From Chara braunii (Eukaryota > Plantae > Charophyceae): a stretch of 64,000 nt of DNA. Of the stretch, positions 62,189-64,000 are shown in pieces. The stretch covers positions 3,474,431 to 3,538,430 of the forward strand of contig BFEA01000014.1 in assembly GCA_003427395.1 (NCBI GenBank), read 5' to 3'. Below the pieces are notes generated by a model, which did no database searches, was not told the DNA's origin, and saw only the letters and a list, made by a program, of their open reading frames with translations. Within the stretch, counting starts at the first letter, position 1, and every line of letters starts with the position of its first letter. The position numbers and the translations under genes were made by a program.

Positions 62189-64000
62189 AAAGACCGGATC
62201 TGGGAGCTAGTTTTACCCAGAACCCTACTTGACTAATCCTGTAATTCGCGCCCCCCCCCCCCCACCCCACCAGTTAAAAAACCTAAACCCTCTATTCCTC
62301 CATAATGATTACCTACTGCTTCTACTTTCTGTTTAAATAAAGCTCCATTTTTTCCCTATCCTACCTCTCTTTTTTTTTTTTTTTTTTCTTTTTTTTTTCA
62401 ACAAAAGCCCTTCGAAAACCCACTATCTCCGTGGTGGTGAGAGAACCGCCAGGATTGAGGGTTTTCCCGTTGGGCTGCTCCATCTATTGGTGGGGAGCTA
62501 CACCTGCTGAGAATCGGGCCCATCGTCCCTTAGAACATCGTGTGGCACAGAGAAAAATGTTTGTTTGACAGGGCTGTGAACCTTTGTATTCCCTAGCCGG
62601 GGCTTTCCTTTTTCTCCCTGGAGCTGCAGCAATCTCCCATCCCATGTCGGAGCACTCCCTTAGGTGATGATATTAGCCCTGTTAAGCAGCACCCCCTAAT
62701 TGTATGTGTTGACAGTTTGCAGAACATCTTATAATCACCTCTGTCGGTCTCTTTCTGTTTGGGTTTTCCAAACCCTTTTTCTGTTTTTATAACTTACTTA
62801 GAACACCGTGTGACCACTAGTACCTCCACCAGTGTTGGGAAATTAGGGGAAAGTGGCTGTTTTCCCAAACTCCTGAAAATTCGGAGGCCGGGCCCGATGA
62901 CGGCTGCCATTGATAAATCTGATCGGCGGCGGTCGTTTCGTTTCGACCATCCGAAAAGGTCGGAGGCCCACCCGAGGCCCGCTATTTTCCCACGCGGCAA
63001 AGGTACTACCCTAAACCCTCCCTATCCCGTGCGAGCATTGTATGTAGCAGAATGAAGACCATTCCTTTGAACCGTGCAAACAGGCCCTGTGTATAGTTAG
63101 CGTGCATTGTCCACAGCCGAATGAAGACTATTCCTTTGAAGCATGCAGCAGACCCTGTTTATAGTACATTGCTGTATTCCATCTGTCTCCCGTCTCCACC
63201 TTCCCGTTTGGTCTCTGGTCTCTGTGCACACTCTCGCTCCAGTCTCCCCTCTCCGTTAACCCCGGTCTTGGCACCTCCTGTGGGATCATCCCTTCATTGA
63301 CTCCGTTCTCCTGGCCCAGGTGCGTGGTCCCATCCCCTGATGTAGACGTCCTCATGTTCATCTTGTGGTCTGAATCTCCCCAGCATTACCCATAAAGTAT
63401 CGGGTGTCTTCCACCTATTGCCGCCCCTTCGTGTCACCGGCGTTCAGGGGTACAAGATGAGGGGGAGGGAGGGAGGGGACGGGGGGTTGATGGTATCCCA
63501 CTGATGTGTTCATCCCGGGAGGAGGACAAAAGAGGGGGGAATTGCAGTGTAAGGGATCGAAAAATGGGAGTAAGGTTTGAGTGTCCATTTATTATCTTCC
63601 GTCCTCCAGTTCTTCCATTGTAGTTGGGAGTCATGGAGGTCAGCCATAGCCCTTTTAGGGCCCAACCAATCTTCTGTGAAGCGGTTTATTAGTTCATTTT
63701 CTTTATTACGTTTATGTGATGGTGTGAGGACAGTGAGGGACATGTCTTCGTTCAGTTTCTAGATTTGTTGCTTGGCCCTGTCCCAAGCCGCCCTGACTCT
63801 CCCAACCAGGTATTGTGATAGGTGTTCCTTTGCCTTGGGTGCGGACCAGGTGGAATCGGGGTCGGGGAAAGGTGGGAATTGTCGGGATTGGGGGGGTGGC
63901 TGGGGAGAGCGGGTGGGGATTGTGGAAAGTCGGGGGGTTAGAAAGGAGGGGAAGTTGCGGGGGGCGGGGAGTCGGGGAAGAGTCGGAGGGGAGGTCTGGG

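Noticed and set aside
60750-64000. Additional LINE-like coding remnants
   Set aside because: Trp-rich fragments are suggestive but too degraded to assign boundaries or domains by eye.

Overview
This is a repeat-saturated eukaryotic draft-assembly window with N-gaps and no recognisable host protein-coding gene. The land-plant-like U6 sequence and the repeat style suggest a streptophyte alga such as Chara, but that is inference. Main contents: (1) a 3' fragment of a Penelope-like retroelement (PLE) RT followed by an intact-looking type I hammerhead ribozyme; (2) a non-coding repeat family associated with (TA)n tracts and carrying a type III hammerhead, with two intact copies and several degenerate or truncated ones, two of which flank a tandem array of U6 snRNA fragments head-to-head; (3) a full-length ~7.7-kb L1-clade LINE with a 13-bp TSD; (4) a ~12.9-kb Ty3/Gypsy element with a 4-bp TSD, a PHD finger between RNase H and integrase, and unusual LTR junctions; (5) six U6-derived pieces, tRNA-derived SINEs, many MITEs (Harbinger-like, hAT-like, unclassified) and a Harbinger transposase pseudogene; (6) two Nextera mate-pair junction adapters, which are assembly artefacts. 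The most interesting signals are the ribozyme-bearing repeats and their association with U6 fragments. All calls are by eye, with no database searches.
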